A stretch of DNA of 64,000 bases from positions 38,534-102,533 of the forward strand of contig CAMOSB010000002.1 in assembly GCA_946624415.1 (NCBI GenBank), given 5' to 3'. The stretch is from an uncultured Butyrivibrio sp. (GTDB lineage: Bacteria; Bacillota; Clostridia; Lachnospirales; Lachnospiraceae). A program made the position numbers and the translations under genes. Positions within the stretch are counted from its first letter, which is position 1; every line of letters starts with the position of its first letter. This document shows positions 38,261 to 47,960 of this stretch, in pieces. The notes under the pieces are model-generated. The model was not told the origin of the DNA and made no database searches. It saw only the letters and a program-made list of their open reading frames with translations.

Positions 38261-39184
38261 TTATTTCTCCATGTTCCCTACAAACAGTGACCTGTACTCA
38301 CCGGGTGACATTCCCTTATCCTCGTGGAATACCCTGTTAAAGCTTGGTATGCTCTGGAACCCCGAGAGCATGGCAACCTCCGTCAGGGACATCTTCTCGT
38401 TGGCAAGAAGCTCCGTAGCCTTTTCAAGCCTTATCATGTTAAGCCACTTGGTGTAGTTCATACCGGTGACATTCTTGAATATCCTGGAAAAATACTCTCT
38501 GCTTATGCCCGCCATCTGAGCCATGGCACCCTGGGACAGGTCATCGGCTGTGAGATTGTTCTTAATGTAATCAGTAACAAGAACGAGCCTGTGCATAACG
38601 TCATCTTCGTAAGGGTCCCGAGAATCCGAACTCATTTCCGGTGCAAACTCTTCCCTGTGCTCATCCAAAACCTTCATGAACTCCATTAGCAGCATGCAAC
38701 AGGTCAGTTCACGATTTGACTGGTTACTGAAAAAGACATCTTTCATTTTGTAGACTATCACCGTCAGCTCTTTTACCAAGTCAGGATGACTGTTTATGCA
38801 GATGACATGCAGGTTTCGGTAAAAGTGCATGATCCTCTGGAGGTCAAAAAGAGAATTCACAAAGGCGTTACTGAACTGGATTATCAGGGCATTTTCCCTG
38901 TCCGCGTCCACGATGGAATGCATCTCCATGGGCCATGCCAGGATGAAGTCTCCCTCCACCAGGTGGTAGGTACCCTGATTGACGCTGTAGATATTGGTCT
39001 CACCTGGTCCGACTAAAATGATCTCGCCATAGGAGTGCCAGTGATTTTTGTAGCTGCGCTCCTTGTAACCGGTGGCCATGTTAAATGCGCTTCTGGTATC
39101 AAAATCATATTTCTCATATCTGCTAAAGTCCATGTGTTCTGCCTCTTTCTGCCAGTCAATGGAATAATAGAAGTTGTTGGCCAA
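38261..39184 (-). CDS. AraC family transcriptional regulator
   Basis: HWHSYGE cupin; YFSRIFK..G, SGFQSIPSFNRVF..GMSP. Confidence 0.92.
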   Translation of the reverse strand: MANNFYYSIDWQKEAEHMDFSRYEKYDFDTRSAFNMATGYKERSYKNHWHSYGEIILVGPGETNIYSVNQGTYHLVEGDFILAWPMEMHSIVDADRENALIIQFSNAFVNSLFDLQRIMHFYRNLHVICINSHPDLVKELTVIVYKMKDVFFSNQSNRELTCCMLLMEFMKVLDEHREEFAPEMSSDSRDPYEDDVMHRLVLVTDYIKNNLTADDLSQGAMAQMAGISREYFSRIFKNVTGMNYTKWLNMIRLEKATELLANEKMSLTEVAMLSGFQSIPSFNRVFHEDKGMSPGEYRSLFVGNMEK

Positions 39185-39202
39185 TCCTCAGGAACAGGGA
39201 AG

Positions 39203-40324
39203 TTATGCATCAAGAATTTCTGATGCCTCCTTCAAAAGCTGAATGATAGGAAGGTGCTGAGGGCAAACGCCTTCGCACTGACCGCAGCCGATACAGTCCG
39301 AAGCCTTTCCGTTGCGCTGGATGAGTCCGGAATAGAAGTTCTTGGACCTCCAGTCGTCCGGATAACGTCTTAAGGTATTGATGGTTCTGAATACATCAGG
39401 AATGCTGATATGCTGAGGACAGCCGTCGCAACAGTACTTACATGCAGTACATCCGATCTGAGGGATTGCCAGGATTTCCTGAGTAACTTCGTTCACAATT
39501 GCCAGCTCCTCTTCTGAAAGGGGCTCGAAGTTTGTAAAGGTCTTAAGGTTATCCTCCATCTGCTCTTCATTAGACATACCTGAAAGAATTGTCATAACTC
39601 CCGGAAGGGAGCCAACAAATCTAAGAGCCCAGGAAGCAATGGACTTATCCGGCCTTTTGGCCTTGAACTTTGCCTCGATCTCAGGGGCCATGCTTGCCAG
39701 CATTCCGCCGCGGACAGGCTCCATTACCACGATAGGGATATTTCTCTCGTGAAGGATATCGTAAAGCTCCTGTGATCTTACTACAGGGTTTGTTCTGTCC
39801 AGATAGTTGAGCTGGATCTGCACAAACTCAAACTCAGGATGCTTATCAAGAACCTGTTTCAAAAGCTCAGGACTTCCGTGGAAGGAAAAACCAAAGTGCT
39901 TGATCTTGCCTTCAGCTTTTTTCTCAAGTCCCCACTTAAAGCAGTCATACTTCTCGTAGGTATCGTAGTTGTTTCCATCCTCAATGGAGTGAAGCAGATA
40001 GAAGTCAAAAAAGTCTACTCCTGCTCTCTCACACTGCTCATTAAATATTCTGTCAACATCCTCTGCCTTTTTGATCTCCCAGGCAGGGAGCTTTGTTGCA
40101 AGAGTAAAACTGTCTCTTGGATGACGCTTTACGATAGCCTCTCTTGCCTCTACCTCTGACTTTCCACCATGATACACATAAGCTGTATCAAAGTAGGTGA
40201 GTCCCGCCTCCAGATACTTATCAACCATTCTGCAAACCTGCTCATGATCGATAACCCCGTCGTTCTCCGGGAGTCTCATAAGGCCAAAGCCCAGCTTTGG
40301 CATCTTGCTAAGATCAATTGCCAT
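39203..40324 (-). CDS. aldo/keto reductase with C-terminal 4Fe-4S dicluster
   Basis: LGFGLMRLP, YFDTAY, CTACKYC..CP, CIGCGQCEGVCP. Confidence 0.92.
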   Translation of the reverse strand: MAIDLSKMPKLGFGLMRLPENDGVIDHEQVCRMVDKYLEAGLTYFDTAYVYHGGKSEVEAREAIVKRHPRDSFTLATKLPAWEIKKAEDVDRIFNEQCERAGVDFFDFYLLHSIEDGNNYDTYEKYDCFKWGLEKKAEGKIKHFGFSFHGSPELLKQVLDKHPEFEFVQIQLNYLDRTNPVVRSQELYDILHERNIPIVVMEPVRGGMLASMAPEIEAKFKAKRPDKSIASWALRFVGSLPGVMTILSGMSNEEQMEDNLKTFTNFEPLSEEELAIVNEVTQEILAIPQIGCTACKYCCDGCPQHISIPDVFRTINTLRRYPDDWRSKNFYSGLIQRNGKASDCIGCGQCEGVCPQHLPIIQLLKEASEILDA

Positions 40325-40458
40325 AATAATCTCCTTTCTGTTGCCGTGTATCACATACTTGCGCGATAGATAGCAAGCATTTCTTCTTACGCTTTGATAT
40401 GGGTATTCTCAATTTTTAGATTGGTGTCAATCCCGGGACCAATCCCATGTTCAGGTGC

Positions 40459-41241
40459 TTACCCAAGCGCCACGTCCAGTGCCATCATCAGAGTGAAACC
40501 GGCTGCGAACATCAAAACTCCGATGTTGGAGTGCTCGCCCTCTGACATTTCAGGGATCAGTTCCTCCACTACCACATACATCATGGCACCGGCTGCAAAA
40601 CTGAGAAGATAAGGCATTGCAGGGATGATAAGTCCTGCTGCCAGTATGGTCAAAAGTGCGCCGATGGGCTCAACTGCTCCTGACAAAACGCCGTCCCTAA
40701 ACGCCTTGCCTTTGCTCCTGCCATGGGCGTGAAGCGGCATTGAAATGATAGCCCCCTCAGGGAAGTTCTGAATGGCTATACCAAGAGCCAGCGCAAATGC
40801 ACCTCCTGCGGTAACTGAGGCAGAGCCGGAATTAAGTCCTGCAAAGACAACGCCCACTGCCATTCCCTCAGGAATATTGTGAAGAACAACAGCCAGAACC
40901 ATCATGGTGGTCTTCTGCAGTTTGGACTTGGGACCTTCCGCATGGTCCGCATTCATATGCAGATGCGGGATCAAACTATCAAGTAGAAGCAGGAAAAGAA
41001 TTCCCAGCCAGAATCCAATCATTGCCGGGAGAAAAGAAAGCTTCCCCATCCCTTGCGCCTGATCGATAGCAGGAACTATAAGGCTCCAGATGGACGCTGC
41101 CACCATGACTCCGCTGGCAAATCCGGTGAGAGCTCTCTGGACCATCTGATCAAGCTCTTTTCTCATAAAGAATACGGCGGCTGAGCCAAGGGCTGTTCCC
41201 GCAAAGGGAATCAGTATTCCGATCAGGATATCAGTTCTCAT
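40459..41241 (-). CDS. ZIP family metal transporter (GufA-like)
   Basis: LHNIPEG, IQNFPEG, VEELIPE. Confidence 0.92.
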   Translation of the reverse strand: MRTDILIGILIPFAGTALGSAAVFFMRKELDQMVQRALTGFASGVMVAASIWSLIVPAIDQAQGMGKLSFLPAMIGFWLGILFLLLLDSLIPHLHMNADHAEGPKSKLQKTTMMVLAVVLHNIPEGMAVGVVFAGLNSGSASVTAGGAFALALGIAIQNFPEGAIISMPLHAHGRSKGKAFRDGVLSGAVEPIGALLTILAAGLIIPAMPYLLSFAAGAMMYVVVEELIPEMSEGEHSNIGVLMFAAGFTLMMALDVALG

Positions 41242-41278
41242 ATGCAATCACCTCGTTTAATCAAATCAACAGCTCTTT

Positions 41279-41971
41279 TCAGGCAGCCTTATGCTCCGTA
41301 AAGACACGGAAGGAATCTGCCAGGTGCTGATGGTGAACATTAGTTGCATCAAATCTCACTGAAGAAAAAGCCATCTGCATGATGGGGCCTGTTGCAAAGG
41401 CGCAGATCAATGTGCCGATGCCCACAGGTCCGCCAAGAAGCCAGCCTATGAAGGTGGCAAGGCTAAGTAGCGTAATGCTGACTACACCGATGGGAATCTT
41501 CTTCGCACGCTTTGTAAGGGCCACCAGTAGTGTGTCTCTGGGGCCACAGCCAAGGGAGGCACTCATGTAGGTGTATTGGGTGTAGGCCATGATAATAAGG
41601 CCAAGGATCATCATGGGTATCCCGGTCGCCAGGGAATGTCCCTCCGGGATGATATTGATCCTGTTGAAGAAATCCACGGACTTGCCAACAACGAAAGCGT
41701 CGATGAACATGGCGATTCCGATGGGCTCCTTAAGAGCTATGTCTATGCCAAGGATGGCGTAGGAGATTGCCACGGAAGCAGTTCCGTACAGGATTCCAAA
41801 GGTCTTTGAAACTCCGATGTTAAGTACGTCCCAGGGGCCGGCTCCTATGTTGGCATGGATTGTCAGGTACACTCCAAAGCCATTTACAAATAGGCTTACG
41901 GAAGCAAGTATCATATTGACGAAAATGTCCCTGGTGGTGCGGTTTTCTTTTAATCTGGTATTACTAAGCAT
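41279..41971 (-). CDS. YczE/YyaS/YitT family membrane protein
   Basis: GAGPWDVL, LGCGPRD, LGGPVGIGT. Confidence 0.85.
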   Translation of the reverse strand: MLSNTRLKENRTTRDIFVNMILASVSLFVNGFGVYLTIHANIGAGPWDVLNIGVSKTFGILYGTASVAISYAILGIDIALKEPIGIAMFIDAFVVGKSVDFFNRINIIPEGHSLATGIPMMILGLIIMAYTQYTYMSASLGCGPRDTLLVALTKRAKKIPIGVVSITLLSLATFIGWLLGGPVGIGTLICAFATGPIMQMAFSSVRFDATNVHHQHLADSFRVFTEHKAA

Positions 41972-42050
41972 TTCTAAATCTCTTTTACATCTAATAATAT
42001 ATTGGATCAGACGCAGTTACCCGCGTACAATCAATTATTATATCACAGTT

Positions 42051-42248
42051 CTACCTGTAATCCGCAGAGACTTCTAAATAAGATCTATCTCCCCGGATAT
42101 AATCTGCATACGCAGTCTCTGCATCTTTCCCACGAAAGACCTTGCACAGTCCGCACATGTCGCAGTCGGCTATGCATGGAAATCTCTGCTTGATAAAGGC
42201 TCTTCGCTCTTCAATTGTCGATGTCTCAATCTCTGGGGGTGCACCCAT
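42051..42248 (-). CDS. small Cys-rich protein (CxxxCxxCxxC)
   Basis: Start MGAPP with AAGGAG RBS; STIEERRAFI..CIADCDMCGLC..YADYIRG. Confidence 0.75.
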   Translation of the reverse strand: MGAPPEIETSTIEERRAFIKQRFPCIADCDMCGLCKVFRGKDAETAYADYIRGDRSYLEVSADYR

Positions 42249-42258
42249 ATTATCTCCT

Positions 42259-42486
42259 TCAATGAATCTGCCTGTCCTGACGGTATTTCTCCATGTACTC
42301 CATGTTGATCTCCCGGATTTCCTTTTTGCCATCGATGTAATCCTGATAGATGTCCCATGGACTTCCACCGCCAAGCCAGCATGATGAACAGTTTTCGCAT
42401 CCTCCGCCACAGTCCAGTGAGTTCTTCACGATCTGCTCCCTCTCCTGTCTTGTGGTGTCCTTGATAAGTATCGATTTCATAGGCAT
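42259..42486 (-). CDS. small Cys-rich protein, apparent paralog of the neighbouring gene
   Basis: GAGGT RBS; DTTRQEREQI..CGGGCENCSSC..YQDYIDG. Confidence 0.75.
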   Translation of the reverse strand: MPMKSILIKDTTRQEREQIVKNSLDCGGGCENCSSCWLGGGSPWDIYQDYIDGKKEIREINMEYMEKYRQDRQIH

Positions 42487-42656
42487 ATACCTCACTTATT
42501 ATGTATAATTATACTAAACATCCAACAAAAAGTCCGCCGGTTTTAGTGCGTTAAATCGATGATAATTTAATTCTTTTTTCATAGATTTTTCAATGTAACA
42601 ATGTTACGATTTAATCACCTTCATGTAGGGAGCCGATGTGTCCCTACAATCATAAG

Positions 42657-42697
42657 AAAAAGGGGAGTGTCCAGTTCTTGGATTTACTCCCCTTTCT
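42657..42697 (-). terminator. terminator after the BMP gene
   Basis: AAAGGGGAGT..ACTCCCCTTT. Confidence 0.7.
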
Positions 42698-42735
42698 AAT
42701 TAATCTGATATTATGTCTAAAGTTCTTTTCCCAGG

Positions 42736-43926
42736 TTACTGAATCGTGATGATGTCCGAAAGAATATAGTGGAAGGTCGGATAGGAGGTGTTTTCGTTCT
42801 CCACGTAGCCATGCTTAAGGTCAACTATGTCTGATGGATTTTCGGGATCAGCGCCCTTGTAGTCGCCCTTAAAAACGAAGTCGCCATTGCCGCGCTTGAA
42901 GTGCTCGATGGCACTGTCCATGGCCTCCTGCGTCCCCGGTGCACAAACCTGCTGGTTTAAGTCCACCATTTCAACCCATCCCTTCTCAAAACCGGCAGAA
43001 ACATCGTTTCCGTGAATGCGTCCTGTAACCACCGTTTCTATCTTCTTGTTGTTCATCACTGCCTCTACAGCCTCAAGTACGTAGGGCTCCCAGCAGATTC
43101 TGGAGGTAACCAGTGACGATCCCGGGGCAACCTCAGACATGCTCTGGTTGTAGCCCACAAAGCAGATCGGTCTGTTGGTGGAAGCTTCCTCACAGGCGAT
43201 GGCCGGTCCAATGGTATCCGTGTGCTGGGAAATGATCACGCAGCCATCCTCTATAAGCTTTTTGGCAGCGCTCTTCTCATGGGCATAACTGCTCCAGGTC
43301 TGGGTGTAGCTTACCCTCATGACAGCCTGCGGTACTATGGAGCGGACGCCCAGGAGAAATGCCGTGTATCCGGAAATGACTTCTGATGTGGGAAATGCTG
43401 CCACAAAACCGACAATGGCCTGATCCTCAGTGATGAGCCCCTCGGAGATCATCTGCTGGATCTTCATTCCTGCTGCTATTCCACTTACGTATCTTCCCTG
43501 ATAGGCCTCACCCTTGAAGGTATGGTAATTGGAAGGAACGCTCTTTCCACTCATGTCCATGTAGGATGTCTGGCAAAACTGGATATTGGGATATTCCGGC
43601 GCAAGCTTCATTACCAATTCGCTGTAGCCGTTGAAAAAGATAATGTCGCAGCCCTGAACAGCCAGATCCCTAAGGGGCTCTTCCATCTCGTCATCAAGAA
43701 CGTTGCTACAGGTCAGGATCTCTACCTGCTCTCCATATTTCTTTTCCAGGGCGTCCTTGGCCAGGGAGAAGTTATAGGTATATGGTGTGCTCTCGTCGTT
43801 ATCGTAAATGAAGCCGATCTTCAGGTTCTCTCTCGTGTTGTGCGGATTAAGCACCTTGAAAAGTCCGAGGAAGGCAGCCAGTACAACAAGACAAGTCAGC
43901 ACAGAAATCAGATATACTCGCTTCAT
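42736..43926 (-). CDS. BMP family substrate-binding protein (membrane anchored)
   Basis: KIGFIY, GCDIIF, YQGRYVSGIAAG, GFVAAF, AFLLG, ISQH; overlaps the upstream stop (ATGA). Confidence 0.88.
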   Translation of the reverse strand: MKRVYLISVLTCLVVLAAFLGLFKVLNPHNTRENLKIGFIYDNDESTPYTYNFSLAKDALEKKYGEQVEILTCSNVLDDEMEEPLRDLAVQGCDIIFFNGYSELVMKLAPEYPNIQFCQTSYMDMSGKSVPSNYHTFKGEAYQGRYVSGIAAGMKIQQMISEGLITEDQAIVGFVAAFPTSEVISGYTAFLLGVRSIVPQAVMRVSYTQTWSSYAHEKSAAKKLIEDGCVIISQHTDTIGPAIACEEASTNRPICFVGYNQSMSEVAPGSSLVTSRICWEPYVLEAVEAVMNNKKIETVVTGRIHGNDVSAGFEKGWVEMVDLNQQVCAPGTQEAMDSAIEHFKRGNGDFVFKGDYKGADPENPSDIVDLKHGYVENENTSYPTFHYILSDIITIQ

Positions 43927-46900
43927 ACCTCTGCTCCTTTCTCTTCACCACTCATCTCAGCAGCCTGGATCTTCTTGTCTTCTTCTACTCGTCTTTTTAG
44001 CTCTTCGGAAGCGCTCTGGTCAGCCTGCTCGATCTCGCTTCGCCTCTGGGCATAAAGCTTATCAAGGTTGATGTCGCCCCTCTCACAGAGCCTTATGAAG
44101 GCATCCAGAGCCTCGGGGTCAAACTGAGTTCCACGGCCACGCTTCATCTCATTCATAACGTAGTCGGTATCCATGTGATTACGGTAAACACGGTTGGAAG
44201 TCATGGCATCAAAAGCATCTGCCACAGCAATGATCCTTGCGTAAAGCGGGATTTCCTCGCCCTTTAGGCCGTCAGGATAACCTTTTCCGTCATAGCGCTC
44301 GTGATGATATCTTGTACCTTCCTCAACGTGTTCAACCAGCGTGAAGTCCTTGAGGATCTCAGCGCCGCTGACAACGTGGGATTTCATCTTGGCATATTCG
44401 TCATCGGTGAGCCTTCCGACTTTGTTCAGAACTCCGTCAGGAATACCGATCTTGCCAATATCGTGCATCTGGGCTGCTTTGCGGAGGTTGGACAGGAACT
44501 TATCTCTCTGCCACCACTTATAGCATCCCATCTCCTGTGCGATAAGCACCGAATACTCCGCAACTCTCGTGGAGTGCTGGTTTGTACGCACGTCCTTGGC
44601 ATCGACTGCGTTCGCAATGGCCATAACTGTTTCGTTAGCCATATTGATCTTGATCTGCTGCTGGTTCAGCTGCCTCTGGATTACAAACCAGGTGCACCAG
44701 ATTATGAAGGCAATAAGGAGGATCAGCATGTAAGCTGTAAACCCTTTCTGTTCATAGAACTCACCTACCTTGACCAGATCAAAGGTACGCTCCTCAAGAA
44801 CCCGGTCTCCTGCGCTGTCGAAGATAGCCAGATGGAAGGTGTATTCCCCTGATGGAATATTTACATAGATTATGTTGTTCAGATTGTTCTGAGGCACGAT
44901 GGTCCACTGGTTATCATAGCCTTCAAGTTTATAACCAACGTTGGGCTCCTGAATGGTATAGTTCAGGATCTCAGGATCAAGCTCCACACGGCTGACCCCC
45001 TGACCAACTGTGATGGGTCCCATTCGTGCGATAGGCTGCTGGACTCCATCCATTCGGATAGCTGCAAGCTGCATACGATATGACCTGACATCGCTGTTAT
45101 ATTTTTCTACATCGATGATATAAGCACCTGTGTCACAGGGCAGGAACAATTCACCGCTTCCGTTGTAGTAGTTCCAGGAATTGGCTGTAAGGGATGTACC
45201 AAGACCTCTTCTGGCATCAAGAAGCTCCCAGGCAATCTCTCCGCCTTCCACCAGTTCATCACGCTCTACAACGTAAATACCGGCACTGGACATAACAAAC
45301 AGGGTGTCCTCATCCTTTACCCAGATGTCGTAGTTGTTGAAATATGGGAATTTATCCAGAACGCGGATCGTTCCCTCGGGTTCAAGATAGCAAAGACTGT
45401 TACTGGTTACTATAAACACGCCTTCTGATTTGGGATCTTTGATGGTCCTTAAGATAACTCCGCTGCTAAGACCATCTTCGCGGGTCAGAATGTCGTAAAC
45501 TTTACCATCCTTAAGCACTGCGATTCCATCACCGTCAGTTCCTGCCAGGATTGTTCCGTCACTTCTTTCTGTCACTGTCAGGATCATGGAATTGATAAGA
45601 CCATCTTCATTGCTGATAGTACGTATTATCTTATGGTCCTTAATGTAGCTTATTCCGGTGTCCCCGGCTGCCAGGATCGTTCCGTCCGAAAGACCTGTTA
45701 CTATTCTGGCACGGTTTCCGAAGCTTCCGTTGTCTGCGTTGTATGACCAGGAAACTCCATCCGGTGAGTACTCCATAAGACCGCTTCCATAGGTACATAT
45801 CCAAAGGTGGTTCTTGTCATCCACATACATGCAGCGGATTCTCTTTTCATCAAGTTCTTCAGTGAGGGCATTCTCTATTTCTCTGTGACAGGCCTTATCC
45901 ACCACATCAAGTCCCTTATCGGTTCCGATGTAATAGCAGCGCTGCCAGGAAACAATGGCATTTACAACCTTACGCTCCATTCCGATGGCGCCGTATACAT
46001 CTCTGAAGGGAGATTTTGCCAGCCTAAGGAGCCCCAGTCTTGATGAGGTAAACCAAAGGTTCCCCTGATAGTCGTAGAGCATATGGTCAATGGAGTTATT
46101 GAATTCATTGGTATTCAGATAGTGATAGCCTGTGTCATCTATGTAGGCCACGCCATCATCTGCGGAAACAAACAGCGTGCCTTCATCCAGATAGTCAAGG
46201 CTGTTGATGTGACTAACATTATCACACACTGTCAGCTGAAGGCGCTTAAAGTTGTCACCGGAAACGTCATAGCGGTATATGTTGTTGGTGGAAGTACCAA
46301 CCATAAGAGTTCCATTGGGTGCAAATGTGCAGCAGTTGAAGCTGTTTTCTTCATCCGGAAGCTTTTCTACCGCCAGGATCTCTCCGTGTTTCAAAAGAAA
46401 AAGTCTGCCATCGGAAGAAATCGCTGCCACGCGCCCTTCTTCATCGGCTGAAAGGCAGTCAGCGTAGTTGACTTCATCTAATGTGTTGGCATCTTTAATA
46501 CCATTGTTCATAACCAGGATCTGCATGCTTCCTGTAGTTCCAACATAATAATATCCATCTGTTGCTCGCACTATACTGCGGACAGAGTTGGAAGGAAGGC
46601 CACTGGCCTGATCAAGAACGTTTACTACTTTTTCCCGGATGACGATGGAAAGACCATTGTCGTTGGTACCGATCCATAGACGTCCTTCCTCATCCACAAA
46701 TAAGCAGTTTACGTTTTTTACTGATTCATATTCATCGATCCAGCGAAACTCACGGCCATTGTACCTGTACAGCCCGGCATAGGTTCCAATCCAGAGAACT
46801 CCGTCATTGGTCTGGACTATATCATTGGCTTCTCCACAGGGAAGTCCGTTGTTACTGCTGTAGATTGTCTGAACATAATCGTTATAGTCTATGTTGTCTG

Positions 46901-47576
46901 TGGGAGTTCCTTCTTCCGCCCTTACAGGTGTTGATATGGCAAGGCCTGCAATCATGCTGGATACCAGTATAAGTACCAGTGACGTAGTTACTGCTCCGCC
47001 TCTTTTTACCTTATTGTCATTGTCTTCGCCGCCCCTGAACCGCCTTATCAGGAAGACTATATAAACAGCAGCAATTGTAAGGACTTTGTCAGCAAACTCG
47101 ATGGCCAGCTGTCCTAAAACACAACAAACAAAGACAGGCCATTCCTTATCACTAAGATAATTAATGATCCCGTCTCCCCATCTGTTTCCTGTATAACCAT
47201 GATTAAAGATCAGATTGACTGGCACAGAAACAATAAGTGCCGTGAGCATAACTAAAGAAGCGGCCTTCATAAAGCCGAAGAATTCATCGAACCATTTCTT
47301 CTGCGCAGCAATACCAACGATTATACCCAGAGCAATACTGGTTATGGAATAAACTGCAGAAAGGTGATCGACCATGGAATAAGCTATATTCCCTGTCAGA
47401 CCCACCATAGCGCCACAAACTGGTCCTCCAATATAAGCGCAAAGCGCTGTTCCGAAGGAATCAGCCCATAGTGGCAATCCAAGCCATGAAGCCACACACT
47501 TTCCGCCAATGTTAAGGCACACGCATGTAGCGATAAACAGAACAATCTTCCATGTCTTCCAATTACTCATACCCAA
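43923..47576 (-). CDS. membrane sensor: ECF S-component-like N-terminus + Reg_prop beta-propeller + Y_Y_Y + HD-GYP phosphodiesterase
   Basis: LPLWADSFGT..GGPVCG; repeated DG.LWIGT..GL; YKLEGYD..W..Y.NIPSGEY; MHDIGK, HHERYDGKGYP, VADAFDAM. Confidence 0.88.
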   Translation of the reverse strand: MGMSNWKTWKIVLFIATCVCLNIGGKCVASWLGLPLWADSFGTALCAYIGGPVCGAMVGLTGNIAYSMVDHLSAVYSITSIALGIIVGIAAQKKWFDEFFGFMKAASLVMLTALIVSVPVNLIFNHGYTGNRWGDGIINYLSDKEWPVFVCCVLGQLAIEFADKVLTIAAVYIVFLIRRFRGGEDNDNKVKRGGAVTTSLVLILVSSMIAGLAISTPVRAEEGTPTDNIDYNDYVQTIYSSNNGLPCGEANDIVQTNDGVLWIGTYAGLYRYNGREFRWIDEYESVKNVNCLFVDEEGRLWIGTNDNGLSIVIREKVVNVLDQASGLPSNSVRSIVRATDGYYYVGTTGSMQILVMNNGIKDANTLDEVNYADCLSADEEGRVAAISSDGRLFLLKHGEILAVEKLPDEENSFNCCTFAPNGTLMVGTSTNNIYRYDVSGDNFKRLQLTVCDNVSHINSLDYLDEGTLFVSADDGVAYIDDTGYHYLNTNEFNNSIDHMLYDYQGNLWFTSSRLGLLRLAKSPFRDVYGAIGMERKVVNAIVSWQRCYYIGTDKGLDVVDKACHREIENALTEELDEKRIRCMYVDDKNHLWICTYGSGLMEYSPDGVSWSYNADNGSFGNRARIVTGLSDGTILAAGDTGISYIKDHKIIRTISNEDGLINSMILTVTERSDGTILAGTDGDGIAVLKDGKVYDILTREDGLSSGVILRTIKDPKSEGVFIVTSNSLCYLEPEGTIRVLDKFPYFNNYDIWVKDEDTLFVMSSAGIYVVERDELVEGGEIAWELLDARRGLGTSLTANSWNYYNGSGELFLPCDTGAYIIDVEKYNSDVRSYRMQLAAIRMDGVQQPIARMGPITVGQGVSRVELDPEILNYTIQEPNVGYKLEGYDNQWTIVPQNNLNNIIYVNIPSGEYTFHLAIFDSAGDRVLEERTFDLVKVGEFYEQKGFTAYMLILLIAFIIWCTWFVIQRQLNQQQIKINMANETVMAIANAVDAKDVRTNQHSTRVAEYSVLIAQEMGCYKWWQRDKFLSNLRKAAQMHDIGKIGIPDGVLNKVGRLTDDEYAKMKSHVVSGAEILKDFTLVEHVEEGTRYHHERYDGKGYPDGLKGEEIPLYARIIAVADAFDAMTSNRVYRNHMDTDYVMNEMKRGRGTQFDPEALDAFIRLCERGDINLDKLYAQRRSEIEQADQSASEELKRRVEEDKKIQAAEMSGEEKGAEV

Positions 47577-47703
47577 CTTCCCCCTCGCGAATATATGACA
47601 ATGGAATTCTAAAAGTTCTCTAAAAGATTTACTGCTTTGTTTATAATTATATTCTAAATATCATCAAGTTTCAAAATAAGTATTTATTATCGCTCAACTG
47701 TAA

Positions 47704-47960
47704 TCACTTCTTCCTGCAGATGTAGAGCAGGTGATTGGTGTTGCCAAGGAGCTCTCTCTTTTCCGAAAAAGCAAGGTACCACTTGGAAAGAGCCTCGAAG
47801 TCCTCGTCGGTCACACAGAAATCCGGTCTCTTTTCTATAGGCTCAAGAAGTCCATCTACACCTGTGGTGGTGATCCAGTCTACACTCTTATCCCTGAACA
47901 GTTCTCTGAAGTCTGTCATCCTCCACATACTGCCCGTAGAAGTCGCTGATGATCTTCTCT
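47704..47960 (-). pseudogene. class I SAM-methyltransferase relic (N- and C-termini joined out of frame)
   Basis: REKIISDFYGQYVEDDRLQRT then, in another frame, DFRELF..GVDGLLE..WYLAFSEKRELLGNTNHLLYICRK. Confidence 0.65.
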
